Of a DNA stretch of 64,000 nucleotides, positions 10,418 through 21,885 are shown in pieces. The notes under the pieces were generated by a model. That model had not been told where the DNA came from. It saw nothing but the letters and a program-made list of their open reading frames with translations, and made no database searches. The position numbers were made by a program, and so were the translations under genes. The stretch comes from Histomonas meleagridis 2922-C6/04-290x (lineage: Eukaryota; Protista; Parabasalia), in the NCBI GenBank assembly GCA_020184695.1, contig JAANOX010000033.1, forward strand, positions 372,001 to 436,000, read 5' to 3'. Position 1 is the stretch's first letter. Each line of letters opens with the position of its first letter.

Positions 10418-12472
10418 TTATTGTTTTACTTTTTTTCTTTTTCTTTTTCTTGTCTTCTTCACTTCAGCTTCATAAACTTCTTCATTATTCTTTTTCATTT
10501 CCATTATTTCTTGTATGTTTATTCGTATCAAATCTTTTGTTTCTTCGATTTTCTTTCGTAATGTGTCCAATTCTTTCCTTTTCTTTTCTTGTTCCTCTTT
10601 AATTTCTGATGTTTTCTTTGTTAATGCATTTTTTATTCGCGTTCTTTTCATCGAAATTTTACTTAGTTCATTTATTGCATCTTTTTGTCTTTTTTCTAAT
10701 TCGTTTTTCGTTGTCTTAAATTCGAGTTCTTTTTTCCGATTTAATTCATATATTTCGATTCGTTTGATTTTCACTTCTTCATAATGTTTCTCTTTCTCTT
10801 CGAGTTCGGTTTCTTTTAGGATTTTGGTGTCTTTAAGTTGTTGTTCTTTAACTTTTTGTTCTTTTTGTGCACTTTCAACTTCATTTCGTCGCGTTTTAAT
10901 GTCATTTCGACATTTGTAAAGACGATTTTCTTCTTCTTTAAGATAATTTATGTGATTGTTCGCAAGTTCAATGATGTTGGAACTAATCTTTCGTTTATGT
11001 TGATCAATACATTTGGAAAGATTAATATATGAACGTGAACTAAAATCATTGTTATCAATGTTAAGATCAGAGATAATGCAATTGGCTTTAAGAGAATGAA
11101 GTAATGACTCAGCAGTTTGATCATTTAGCTCATTATTGGATAGTGATAAAGTAATAAGATATTTGTTATTAAGAAGTGAATTTGCAATGTCGACGCCGCT
11201 TTTGTCAGTAAGGAGATTATCGTCCAAATAGAGTTTTTGAAGTGAAGGATGATTATTGATTGCTTCTGCTAAAGATAATCCTGCCTCATCACCAATTTCT
11301 GTGTTTGATAGGTCAAGAGAAATTAGAGTAGTATTTGATTTAAGGGCTGAACCAATTAAACTATTATCTTTGAGTTTATTTTTGGATATGTTTAAATATT
11401 TGAGACTTTTAGTATTAAGAATAAGAGAATGAAAAAAGAACACACTTTCTTGATCAAAATTATTATGGGAGAGAGAAAGTTTTTGAAGTTTTAATCCGTT
11501 TTGGGATACCCCTAAAAGTGACTTTAGAAATGGGGTGCCCAATAAATTGTAACTTAAATCAATGGATTTTATTGTTTTGGATTGAGCAATTTGTTTACAA
11601 ATTGCTGTAGAAGCTTCATTGCCAATGGAATTTCGTGATAAGATTAAAACTTCAAGTGAGCCAAATGATCCATCATATTGAAAAAGAGAATTTACACCAA
11701 TTGAACCAAATTGATTGGACGATAAATCAATAACAGAAAGAGAATTATTTTTTGTCAATGCATTCCCTATATGTTCACAGCCTTCAGCTGTTATTCCACA
11801 TAATGAAATATTTAACAGTGAAAGTGTTTGGTTTTGAGCTAATAAATCACTGAGTTTTTTGCATCCATTTACGTCAACTCGGTTTCTTTGAACACCATTT
11901 GCAGCACTAATGTCAAGTTCAGTAAGATGAGTGTTTTTAACAAGACATTCGAACAATAACATTGTTCCTTTTGCTCCAATTGCATTAGATCGGAGGTCAA
12001 GATAAATAATAGGGGGATTTGTTGCCATAAAATCACTAAGTATTTTAGTTCCTTCATCGCCAAGGACATTGGAACTCAGGCTCAAAACATTAAAGTTTGG
12101 GTTGTTTCGTAATATTTGAATAATGTATTTAATGCAATATGAATTTAAACCAAGATCATTTAATTTCAATGATTTTTTGAAAATTGAGCTCATGAATTGC
12201 TCCACAAAACGCTTTTTTGCGGCAATATTAGGTAGTAATTCCAAATCTTTACATTTTTCATGATATATTAATGAAGCTATTTCTTGCATATCAATATTTT
12301 CTTCACGTAATTTTGGTAACACTGAAAGACGAGGGATCTTGTTAGTTTTTTTCAGAGGTTCTTTGGAATATTTTGAATGTTTTTGATTTATCTGATAACT
12401 TAACACCAAGCGATTTAACTTATGATCTATTTGATTTCTATAACTTGAGCTTAGAAATCGCTTTGGGTTCAT
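10418..12472 (-). CDS. RNI-like leucine-rich-repeat protein with C-terminal coiled coil
   Basis: 684 aa; many LxxLxLxxNxIGDEG-type repeats, followed by a K/E-rich heptad region. Confidence 0.85.
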   Translation of the reverse strand: MNPKRFLSSSYRNQIDHKLNRLVLSYQINQKHSKYSKEPLKKTNKIPRLSVLPKLREENIDMQEIASLIYHEKCKDLELLPNIAAKKRFVEQFMSSIFKKSLKLNDLGLNSYCIKYIIQILRNNPNFNVLSLSSNVLGDEGTKILSDFMATNPPIIYLDLRSNAIGAKGTMLLFECLVKNTHLTELDISAANGVQRNRVDVNGCKKLSDLLAQNQTLSLLNISLCGITAEGCEHIGNALTKNNSLSVIDLSSNQFGSIGVNSLFQYDGSFGSLEVLILSRNSIGNEASTAICKQIAQSKTIKSIDLSYNLLGTPFLKSLLGVSQNGLKLQKLSLSHNNFDQESVFFFHSLILNTKSLKYLNISKNKLKDNSLIGSALKSNTTLISLDLSNTEIGDEAGLSLAEAINNHPSLQKLYLDDNLLTDKSGVDIANSLLNNKYLITLSLSNNELNDQTAESLLHSLKANCIISDLNIDNNDFSSRSYINLSKCIDQHKRKISSNIIELANNHINYLKEEENRLYKCRNDIKTRRNEVESAQKEQKVKEQQLKDTKILKETELEEKEKHYEEVKIKRIEIYELNRKKELEFKTTKNELEKRQKDAINELSKISMKRTRIKNALTKKTSEIKEEQEKKRKELDTLRKKIEETKDLIRINIQEIMEMKKNNEEVYEAEVKKTRKRKRKKVKQ

Positions 12473-12595
12473 GAAAAAATGCTTCTAAAAGAAGAAATTT
12501 AAATCGGCTTTGAAAAAAACGTATTTTGTGGGGGTGCCCCAAAAACAAAAAATTTTAAAAAAATTTGTTTTTTATTAGTTATGAAATGAGGGAAG

Positions 12596-13393
12596 TTATT
12601 CTTTTGGTTCTTCTTTAGCTTCTTCTTTTGGTTCTTCTTTCTTTTCTTCTTCCTTAGGTTCTTCTTTCTTTTCTTCTTCCTTCTTTTCTTCAGACTTTGG
12701 TTCTTCTTTCTTTACTTCAGATTTTGGTTCTTCTTTCTTTTCATCTTTTTGAGCTCTTTTGGCCTTTAAATCATTTATGTATTTTTCGATGAAATCACCA
12801 GCAGGAGTCATTGTAAGAATAGCTGGGATAGCAAGGGCAAAAATAACGAGAATGAGCATTAAAATAAAGAAGTTGATGAGCTTGAAAATACATCCAATAA
12901 TTATTGAACAGATGATGAGAGCTGATGTATCAACAATATTTGGGCAAAGATATGTGCGGTAAACAAAGAAAGCAACTCTCCATCCCCACTTAAGTAAAGG
13001 TGCAAAATATGGAACGATTTCTTCAAGACTACGTACACGTCTTTTGTTATCAGCAGCAAGCTCTGGTAATTTTGCTAAGTATAGCTTACGAAGATATTTC
13101 ATACCACCTAAGCAATAGAATAAATGGAATGTTGGAACAAGAATAACTGCTGAAACAAGTGATGGGAATGTTTTTGAAAGTAGATACGCTAAGAAGAAAT
13201 ACCCGATGAAGCCAATAGCCAACACGATGAAAAGTGGGATGTTGTGGAGAAGAAGAGCAGCTTGAATTTGTAAAACGTCTTGTTCAATTGGTTTCATAAC
13301 TGAAACAAATTTAGCATTCACATCTTTTTCGCGGTATCCAGCTAAAGGATATAAATTGTCTTGAATGAGAGTGTTTTCAATGTTGAGTCTCAT
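12596..13393 (-). CDS. Hypothetical multi-pass membrane protein with EEPK/KKEE repetitive tail (reticulon-like topology possible)
   Basis: 265-aa ORF with two long hydrophobic segments and a low-complexity K/E/P C-terminus; an Inr-like TCATTTTTC directly precedes the ATG. Confidence 0.75.
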   Translation of the reverse strand: MRLNIENTLIQDNLYPLAGYREKDVNAKFVSVMKPIEQDVLQIQAALLLHNIPLFIVLAIGFIGYFFLAYLLSKTFPSLVSAVILVPTFHLFYCLGGMKYLRKLYLAKLPELAADNKRRVRSLEEIVPYFAPLLKWGWRVAFFVYRTYLCPNIVDTSALIICSIIIGCIFKLINFFILMLILVIFALAIPAILTMTPAGDFIEKYINDLKAKRAQKDEKKEEPKSEVKKEEPKSEEKKEEEKKEEPKEEEKKEEPKEEAKEEPKE

Positions 13394-13402
13394 GAAAAAT
13401 GA
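13394..13402 (-). promoter_or_regulatory. Initiator (Inr)-like element TCATTTTTC
   Basis: Abuts the ATG at 13393 on the minus strand; fits the trichomonad TCA(Y)(T/A) initiator. Confidence 0.6.
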
Positions 13403-14041
13403 TCGAATGTTTAACGGTTACTGAAACTTTTTGAATAATAATTGTAAACAAGGTGATCAGTTGCTTTCCATTTGATTTGGAGTAATTTCACCGTATTCGA
13501 TCATTTCATCTTTTCTCTTTTATGAATTTATTTGTTTTAAAACTTATTCCTAGGAAATGCTATAGCATTATTATTGAATTGTGAAGTTTAACTGTATAAA
13601 ATGGAAAAATAAATTTGTAAAATTTGGTAATCCTTCAGCAACAAGGAATTGATATAATGTGAAAAATTGTGGTAAACAAAATGTTAATGTTATACGATTA
13701 TTATCGTTCATTATCACATAAATTAATAGTAATTACTGTTAATTAACAGAAAGCAATTTCATTGAAAATATTTTTTTACATTTGAGGATTTACTAAATTG
13801 AAAGCATTTACATCACTGCGAGTAATAGACGAACCTGGTATATATGAGATTTAATAAATAAGAACAAATTACTATAAAAGTTTACTTAACTAAAAAAAAA
13901 ACTTATTATTCTTTCGTCCTTTAGATAAATTTCATTTCTTTGTATTGTTGTCAACCAATATCTTGTGTGTTTGCTTTTTGTTTGCCTGTTTGTTTCTCTT
14001 ATTGACATGTTATATGAAATAAATAAGTTTTAGTTGTTTTC

Positions 14042-17000
14042 ATGAAAGCCATTAACAGCAAAGATTTTTTGGAAATTCTTCAATCTATCAAAGAAACAAT
14101 TTTTAATCTAAATGAAAAAAATATTCCACAATCAGCACTTTCCATAATTGAGTTATTTGATGATGTTAACTCATATTCTTTTTGTGTAATTATTATCCAA
14201 AATATATATTTATCATTTGCATTGCAAATTAACGATTCTGATATTTGTTTAAATTTCATTTCAGAATTTGAAAAATTAGAGGAAACGAAAATCGGCTCAT
14301 CAAAAATATTTGATATTTTCACTCAATTTCTTCTACGTAAATATACTCAAGAAGCATATTATCTACTTGAAATGATGCTAGAACGAAATATTATTGATCG
14401 AGAAGTTGTTAAAACAATTCCATATTTTTCATTTTATCATCCACAAGGAGAAAAAGGCACTGTAGAATATTTTGGATTTATAGATAAAATTATAAATGTT
14501 TCCGATAAAGATGTTGAACAAATCAAAAATAAGTTAAATGCACTTAAAAAAGATGATTGGACACTTCATAAGGAATTAATTAAAGAAGGACATAATCCAA
14601 ATGAAATTGCGAAAATAATACGAAATGATGAAATTGAAAAACTTCAAGAAATATCATCACAAACAAATTTTGATTTTGACCAAAAAATAGAACAATCACT
14701 TTATGAACGATCTTCATTTTTATATCAAGAAAATGTTGCATTAATTGATTACGCAGCATTTTTTGGATCAATTAAATGCTTTAAATATTTGCTTATGAAT
14801 GGTTCTGATATAGAAAATGCAGGTAAATATGCAATTGTAAGTGGAAATATTGAAATTATTCATTTGTGTGAACAAAATCATTCATAATTTATAGATGCAT
14901 ATGAAACAGCTATTAAATTTCATCGAAATGATATCTTTAAATATATTTATATTAATAAATTAAAAGAAATTAATAATTTAGAAGAATTAGGTAAGAAATG
15001 TGTTACATTTAATAATTATGAAATTTTTTCATTTTTAGAAAAAGAAGGAATGAAAATTAATGATGAAATTATTGATGAAGCTGCAGAAACTGGTAATTTA
15101 TATCTTACGAAATATTTCATTGAATTTAATCAAATTCCAAAAAATATTTTAACATTCTCTTCTAAATCAGGAAATATTGAACTTGTTAAATATTTTATTG
15201 AAAAAAAAGTAAATGATATAAATTATATAAATTTTTATTTGTTTTGTTTAATATTTGTTTAAATAATTTGGAATTATAAAATAATTTTTGGCATTTAATC
15301 AAAATGTTTGAAACAGCACTAATATTAGCTTCTCAAATTGGTTATGTAGATATTGTTAAATTACTCCTTGAACAAAAAGATATTGATGTTAATGCTAAAG
15401 ATATTTATGAGTTTAATTTGGATTTTGTTTCATTCATTTACAAATTCAAAACAATATTTGAAAATTATTAAAAATATTTGATACAGCACTTATAATTGCT
15501 TCAATATTTGGTCATATTGATATTGTTAAATTGTTACTCAAACATAAAGGAATTGATATTAATGCTAAAAATAGTTGTAATTTTTATTTGAAATTTAATA
15601 TTTTGGTTTCATATTTTATGATAATATTTGTATATAATATATATTAAATGGAACAGCACTTACTGAAGCAGTTTCAATGAAACAAGAAAAAGTTATTAAA
15701 ATTCTTCTTGAACAGGAAGGAATTGATATTAATGCTAAAAATATTTATTTGTCTTATATAATATTTATTTTAATAATTTAATATTTCAAAATAATATTTG
15801 GAAATTATTTAAATTATTTGAAACAGCACTTATGATAGCATCTAAAAGAGGTTATACAGAAATAGTTAAATTACTTCTTGAACAAGAAGGAATCGATATT
15901 AATGCCAAAGATATTTATTTGTTTTATTCGATATTTATATATCAAAATAATATTTGGAAATTATTAAAATTATTTGAAACAGCACTTATTTTAGCATCTC
16001 AAAATGGTTATATAGAAATTGTTAAATTACTTCTTGAACAAAAAGGAATTGATATTAATGCTAAAAATATTTATTTGCTTTATTTAAAATTTATTTTAAT
16101 AATATGACATTACAAAATAATAATTGGAAATTATTTAAATTATTTGAAACAGCACTTATTTTGGCATCTTATGGTGGTCATATAGAAATAGTTAAATTAC
16201 TTCTTGAACAAGAAGGAATTGATATTAATGCTAAAAATATTTATTTGTTTTATTTAATATTTATTTTTATTATTTTATATTTCGAAATAATATTTGGAAA
16301 TTATTTAAATTATTTGATACAGCACTTATTATAGCATCTTCTTATGGTAGAACAGAAATCGTTAAATTACTTCTTGAACAAGAAGGAATTGATATTAATG
16401 CTAAAGATATTTATTTGTCTTATATAATATTTATTTTAATAATTTGATATTTCAAAATAATATTTGGAAATTATTTAAAATATTTAGAACAGCACTTATT
16501 TTAGCATCTTCAAATGGTCAAATAGAAATACTTAAAATACTTCTTGAACAAAAAGGAATTAATATTAATGCTAAAGATAAAATTTATTTTAATAATTTTA
16601 TATTTCAAAATAATATTTGGAAATTATTTAAATTATCTGAAACAGCACTTATTATAGCATCTTCAAATGGTCATACAGAAATAGTTAAATTACTTCTTGA
16701 ACAAGAAGGAATTGATATTAATGCTAAAGATATTTATTTGTTTTATATATAATTTATTTTAATAATTTGATATTTCAAAATAATATTTGGAAATTATTTA
16801 AATTATTTAATACAGCACTTATAAATGCATCTTATTATGGTTACACAGAAATAGTTAAATTACTTCTTGAACAAGAAGGAATTGATATTAATGCTAAAAA
16901 TATTTTTTTGTTTTATTTAAAGTATTTTTAAAAAATATGAAATTTCATATAAACATTTGGAATTACTTATAAACATATAAAACAGCGCTTATGATAGCAT

Positions 17001-17098
17001 CAGAAAAGAAAAATGCAGAAATTATTAGATTATTTGCAGACAAAATTCAACATCATAAATGTGACGACATAATAAAATTAAAAGATTCTCAAGGATAA

Positions 17099-17099
<1 letters not shown>
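14042..17099 (+). CDS. DUF3447-ankyrin repeat gene, locus 1 (spacer-interrupted; one in-frame TAA at 14885-14887)
   Basis: N-terminal DUF3447-type region (IIRNDEIEKLQ...LIDYAAFFGSIKCFKYL). The frame continues past the TAA (TCA in the paralog at locus 3) into ORF 15050. Then 11 units TALxxASxxGxxEIVKLLLEQxGIDINAKD follow, with TAL starts at 15313, 15483, 15653, 15823, 15979, 16149, 16319, 16489, 16642, 16812 and 16982; final TAA 17097-17099. Confidence 0.8.
15233..16981 (+). repeat. Tandem array of 170-nt units (90-nt ankyrin coding + 80-nt dyad-containing spacer)
   Basis: Periods 170,170,170,156,170,170,170,153,170,170; spacer consensus atttatttGTtttatttaatatttattttaataatttgatatttcaaaataatatttggaaattatttaaattatttgaa. 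Confidence 0.95.

Positions 17100-17102
<3 letters not shown>

Positions 17103-17196
<94 letters not shown>
17103..17196 (-). repeat. About 94-nt poly(T) on + strand = poly(A) on - strand
   Basis: Uninterrupted T run directly visible; produces the spurious poly-Lys ORF 17078-17305. Confidence 0.95.
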
Positions 17197-17197
<1 letters not shown>

Positions 17198-17329
17198 AAT
17201 CAAAATTTGATAAATAGAATATTTTATATCATATTTCATTGTATGATTTTCATATAATTTGATGATAATTTTTGTGAAAAATGCAAAAAAGGATAATATA
17301 TACATTTAGATTGAAAACAATTATGAAAT

Positions 17330-17700
17330 GCAAATTCTTCATTGAACATTTCTTTTAACATGAATCATGGTTAAACTTGTCCATCACTCAAATGCGTAAT
17401 TTCCAAATCGTTTTTTATTTTTATTTGTTACCAATAATAACAGTTTCCAATGAATTCACTCGAAATTGATGAATATTAATTGTTTCAATATTTTCTTAAA
17501 AATCAGAGAATAATTACCAATTGATACAATTTAGTTAGGTATCATTATCGAACACATTTTACTACAGTAACAAAATGTATTTTCTCCAATTTGTGTAATA
17601 TTTCCATCTATTTTAAATGTTTCTAAATTGGTGCAATAACAAATTACAGAGGCTCCTTGTGATGTAAGTATATTTGGTTCTTCAATTGAATATTTTTTTT
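17330..17700 (-). pseudogene. BspA-like LRR fragment
   Basis: The minus strand reads CYCTNLETFKIDGNITQIGENTFCYCSKMCSIMIPN*IVSIGNYF, then further degenerate LRR pieces with stops. Confidence 0.7.
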
Positions 17701-17840
17701 AAAAATTATTTACTGTTAAACTAACACAATATTGAAATGAAAATTCACCGACTAGACATCGAAAATTGTAAATTATTTTTTAATTACTTAAACAAATAAT
17801 ATTATTTATTAAAAACAAAAGATGCTTTCAAACAAGCTTT

Positions 17841-19487
17841 TTAGCCATTTTTCTCTTCCAAACGTTCTTCTCCGTCAAAAATCATTTTTATCACTTCATT
17901 CATTTCTTCCAATTTCTTCTTTTCTAACAATTTCATAACATTATTTACATCGCCCGAAGAAGCTAATAACAAAATCTCTTTATCAATTTTTCCTTCATGA
18001 TCCAAATGAGAAACAAATTCTTTTTTTGATTTGGATACATATTCAATTTCATCATCGCACATCTTTTTGTATTAATAGTTCCACAGCTTTAATACCGAAA
18101 TTAGAAACAGTTAAAAGCATGCAACCACTTATAATATCATTATTCTCGATTAATGATAACCCAACACTTCTTAACAAATCAGCAGAAGGTTTACTTATTT
18201 CTAAACCTAAAAAAATGCTGCTGTCATAGCACATAATGGATAAAGCTCATTTTTTGATCTAAAAATTTAATAAACTTAGTTTCGCTTTATCGAATTCTTT
18301 CATCATTATAAGTAATGTAATTTCCAGAAATAAATTTTTTTAAAGAAGTCGAATTCTTTAATAATTCTGTTTTGAATGAAATAGCATTTATTATTTGATC
18401 TTTATTTCCATAATAAGCTAAGTTTAAAGGAAGTTTCGAGTTATTAAAAAAATGTAAAAATTTTGAAAACAAAGAAAACCCAAAAATAAAATCCGTTTTC
18501 TTTTGAAGTTTTTTTAGCTCAAAAATTCATTATTTTTCTTATTAATTAAAATCGACCAATTTTCTAAATCAACGATTTTAATTGCATAATCTTCTGTTTC
18601 CAATAAAACAAATCCTTTTCCAGTTGGAGCGAATTTTAATACTACAAATGGACATATAAAAATTGTCTTATAATAATAACCAAGTTTTCCTTCTGATGAA
18701 TGAATGAAGAGTCCATTACCATTTTCTTCATAAAGAACAGTTTTAACTTTCGGTATATTACTTTGGACACAACGCGATTCCGAAGAATTTAAATTAAAAA
18801 ATGCAATTCTCCCAAATGTATCAGCTACAACAATTTGCGACTTTTTCCATGAAATAGAAATCGGTTCAACTAAATCATCTGTACAACGTAATTTCATAAT
18901 TGGCGTTGTGTTTGTTATGGAAAATATGAATTTGGCGATTTTTTAAAAGTACTGCAAAATTTGGTGAATCTGTTTTAAATCGTGAGATTTTTGTTTCATT
19001 ATATTTATATTGGATGCAAACAGAAAGAATTCGCGATGTAAACCAATAAGGTCTTTCATAATACAAAAAATTATTATTAGTACGTACACCAATAGATTTT
19101 TTATTTCTTTTTATTATAAAGATATCATTATATGAAGCAAAAAGTTCATTCAAAATATTTCCTTTATTATGTAATGTGATTATATTATGATTATTTAAAT
19201 CGATTTTACCAAAAGTTTTATTAGAACACCAAAAAAATTGAAGAAGAATTAATAAATTTTACGTTTTCAATTGGTAATTCTGAAACTTTATATTTGTATC
19301 TAATATAATTTGTTTTATTGTTTGTAATAATTATATTTCCATCATTTGTGCCAAATTCTGTAGTTTCAGTGAGAAAATCAAATGATGTATAATTATGTGG
19401 AATCATTTGAGTTATATTTGTAATTAAAAAATTGTTTTTTGTGATTTTTATCATTAAGAAATATTTATTAGAAATGTAAATCAACAA
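17841..19487 (-). pseudogene. Fragmented WD40/beta-propeller protein gene (possibly WDR11-like)
   Basis: Six consecutive minus-strand ORF pieces with beta-propeller-like segments (ISISWKKSQIVVADTFGRIAFFNL; FGTNDGNIII) and a helical C-terminal part; multiple frameshifts and stops. Confidence 0.55.
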
Positions 19488-19598
19488 ATGTTTAGAGAAA
19501 TGTTTACAATAATTTAATAAAATATAATTAAAATGAATCGTTCCAATTCCAGGTAAAATTATTTTAGCAATACAAATATTGAGCTTATAAATTATACT

Positions 19599-20390
19599 TT
19601 AGAACAAAAAGGAATTGATATTAATGCTAAAGATATTTATTTGTTTTATTTGAAATTTATTTTAATAATTTGATATCTTAAAATAATATTTAGAAATTAT
19701 TTAAAATATTTTATACAGCACTTATTAAAGCATCTGCAAAAGGTCATATAGAAATAGTTAAATTACTTCTTGAACAAAAAGGAATTGATATTAATGATAA
19801 AAATATTTATTTGTTTTATTTTATATTTATTTTGATAATTTTATATTTCAAAATAATATTTGGAAATTATTTAAAATATTTGAAACAGCACTTATGGAAG
19901 CATCTGCAAAAGGTCATATAGAAATAGTTAAATTACTTCTTGAACAAAAAGGAATTGATATTAATGATAAAAATATTTATTTGTTTTATTCGATATTTAT
20001 TTTAATAATTTGATATTTCAAAAATAATATTTGGAAATTATTTAAATTATTTAAAACAGCACTTATGGAAGCATCTGAAAATGGTCGTACAGAAATCGTT
20101 AAATTACTTCTTGAACAAAAAGGAATTGATATTAATGCTAAAAATAAAATTTATTTTGATAATTTGATATTTCAAAATAATATTTGGAAATTATTTAAAT
20201 TATCTGAAACAGCACTTATGAAAGCATCTTCAAATGGTCATACAGAAATTGTTAAATTACTTCTTGAACAAAAAGGAATTGATATTAATGCTAAAGATAT
20301 TTATTTAATTGAACTGATATTCCTTTTAATAATTTGGGATTTAATGATATTTTTTGAAATTGCACTTAATTAAGCTTCTGATGAATGCCA
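19599..20390 (+). pseudogene. Orphan ankyrin+spacer array, locus 2 (no N-terminal domain)
   Basis: TAL-type starts at 19715, 19885, 20056, 20209 and 20359 (periods 170, 171, 153, 150); begins mid-repeat and the last unit is degenerate. Confidence 0.85.
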
Positions 20391-21291
20391 TTAAAAAATA
20401 CTAAAATTATTTATAGAAAGAAAAAAAGAAGAACTTTTCTCTCTACCTTTGCATAAAATATCTTCATTTTTAAAATGTTTGTAAATTTTAATAATTGGAA
20501 AAATAAAAGAAAATCATTTGGTTTATGAGGAAAAAAAAATGGGGAAAAAAATTCACATAAACTCATTTTTAATAACGAAAGATTTTTTAATTAAATCGAA
20601 ACCATTGTGGAAGAATTTTTATGTAGCCCTATCCCAAAAAACTGTCTTTACAAAAGATTTTAAACAAGAAACTGGAAAAATTGAATAATCAACAAAAATT
20701 TTTTACAGCTGTCGGCCATTGGAAGCTAAAAATTGTACACTTTTTAACACAAAAATATATGATCGTCTTTTAGGCATTAAAACTGTCCGTTGTACATTAA
20801 GAAATTGTTCACTTTTTAACGTTTTTTGCCAGGACATTAATTTTTATCCATCGGCCTTTAAAAATGTCCACTTTTAACCGTTGGGGAAAATATTAAATGC
20901 TTTATAAATATTCAAAAAACAAGAGTATCGCACCTTTTTATTTCAGACTTTAAAATGAAGGAAATTGATGTTGGCCATAAATCGATGTTTATCTCATTAT
21001 AAATGGAATATATCAAGATACGTTCAAATTATTATTATTAATTTTTTATCACATATATATGTACTATATAAAAATATTAATATTTAAGAAGAGCTTACCA
21101 GTCACAAGATCTCCATTTTTCGTAATATCACTTTTTCTCCAAAACGTACAGAAAAAATCCCTAAAATCGCTGTTCATAAATATATATGTATATTCCTCTA
21201 TCTATGTATAAGTTTCGAGAAATTTCGTAAAATTTATTTTGACTGCACCTCTGCATCTCCATCTAAAATATAAAATAATTTTTTTCAGTTT

Positions 21292-21885
21292 TTAACAATA
21301 AGAACAAGAATTATTGTTTTCTGTATCCAAAGAAGCAGGTAGAGGTAAAATTTCAAATTCATCAGGGATTGGTGGTCTTTTTTTGATGCATTGTCGAATA
21401 ATTGATTCCATTGCAATTTGAACATTTTCACCTGTTTGAGCAGAAACTTCATAAAAAAGTTTGATGCCATTCATTTGTGCAAATTTGAGTGAGATTGAAT
21501 TTTGAACATTCTTTTGTGGAAGATCTGCTTTATTTCCAAGTAGAAGAAACGGGTAATCTTCTGGATCCATGATATTCAGGTGTTTACAAAATTCGTTTTT
21601 CCATTTTTCAAGCATGTCAAGTGAATTAATGTTCGAAATGTCATAGACCAGAACGCATCCATCAGAACCACGATAAAATACCTCATCTAAACCAAAACGA
21701 TCTCTCCTATTTGGTTCATCTATGAAACATCTAATATTTTTCCCGTCAATTTTGAATGTTTTGTAATATAAATCAAGACCAATTGTTGCGTATTTACGGT
21801 TTGTCATTTCATGCTCAAATATTTTTTTATACAAAGTTGATTTTCCAACATTTGGTTCTCCAAGAATAACAATTTTGTAATACAC
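21292..21885 (-). CDS. Divergent Rab7-like small GTPase (GTG at the apparent start; degenerate switch II)
   Basis: G1 GEPNVGKS, YATIGLD, FYRGSDGCVLVYD, LLGNKADL, EVSA, C-terminal CSYC; the DTAGQE position reads DEPNRRD; no in-frame ATG upstream before a TGA. Confidence 0.75.
   Translation of the reverse strand: MYYKIVILGEPNVGKSTLYKKIFEHEMTNRKYATIGLDLYYKTFKIDGKNIRCFIDEPNRRDRFGLDEVFYRGSDGCVLVYDISNINSLDMLEKWKNEFCKHLNIMDPEDYPFLLLGNKADLPQKNVQNSISLKFAQMNGIKLFYEVSAQTGENVQIAMESIIRQCIKKRPPIPDEFEILPLPASLDTENNNSCSYC

Noticed and set aside
15743-15822. Programmed -1 frameshift through each spacer
   Set aside because: Attractive (U-rich tract then a hairpin, -1 needed), but I found no canonical X XXY YYZ heptamer in frame, and several spacers have stops in the -1 frame. 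Not fully excluded for the central units.
15733-15826. Standard GT...CAG splicing or U12 AT-AC splicing of the ankyrin spacers
   Set aside because: GT(nt 9) to the ACAG removes 76 nt, and AT (of GAT) to AC removes 84 nt; both leave the next unit out of frame. The CAG is not conserved and no ACTAAC branch motif is present.
15233-17099. CRISPR-like repeat/spacer array
   Set aside because: The periodic units encode ankyrin repeats, both alternating parts are homologous between units (no unique spacers), the context is eukaryotic and there are no cas genes.
17078-17305. Poly-lysine ORF
   Set aside because: Translation of the poly(T/A) run.
17196-19598. One retro-insertion splitting a single ankyrin gene into loci 1 and 2
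   Set aside because: Locus 1 already ends in a divergent terminal repeat with a stop, and I found no TSD around the intervening segment.
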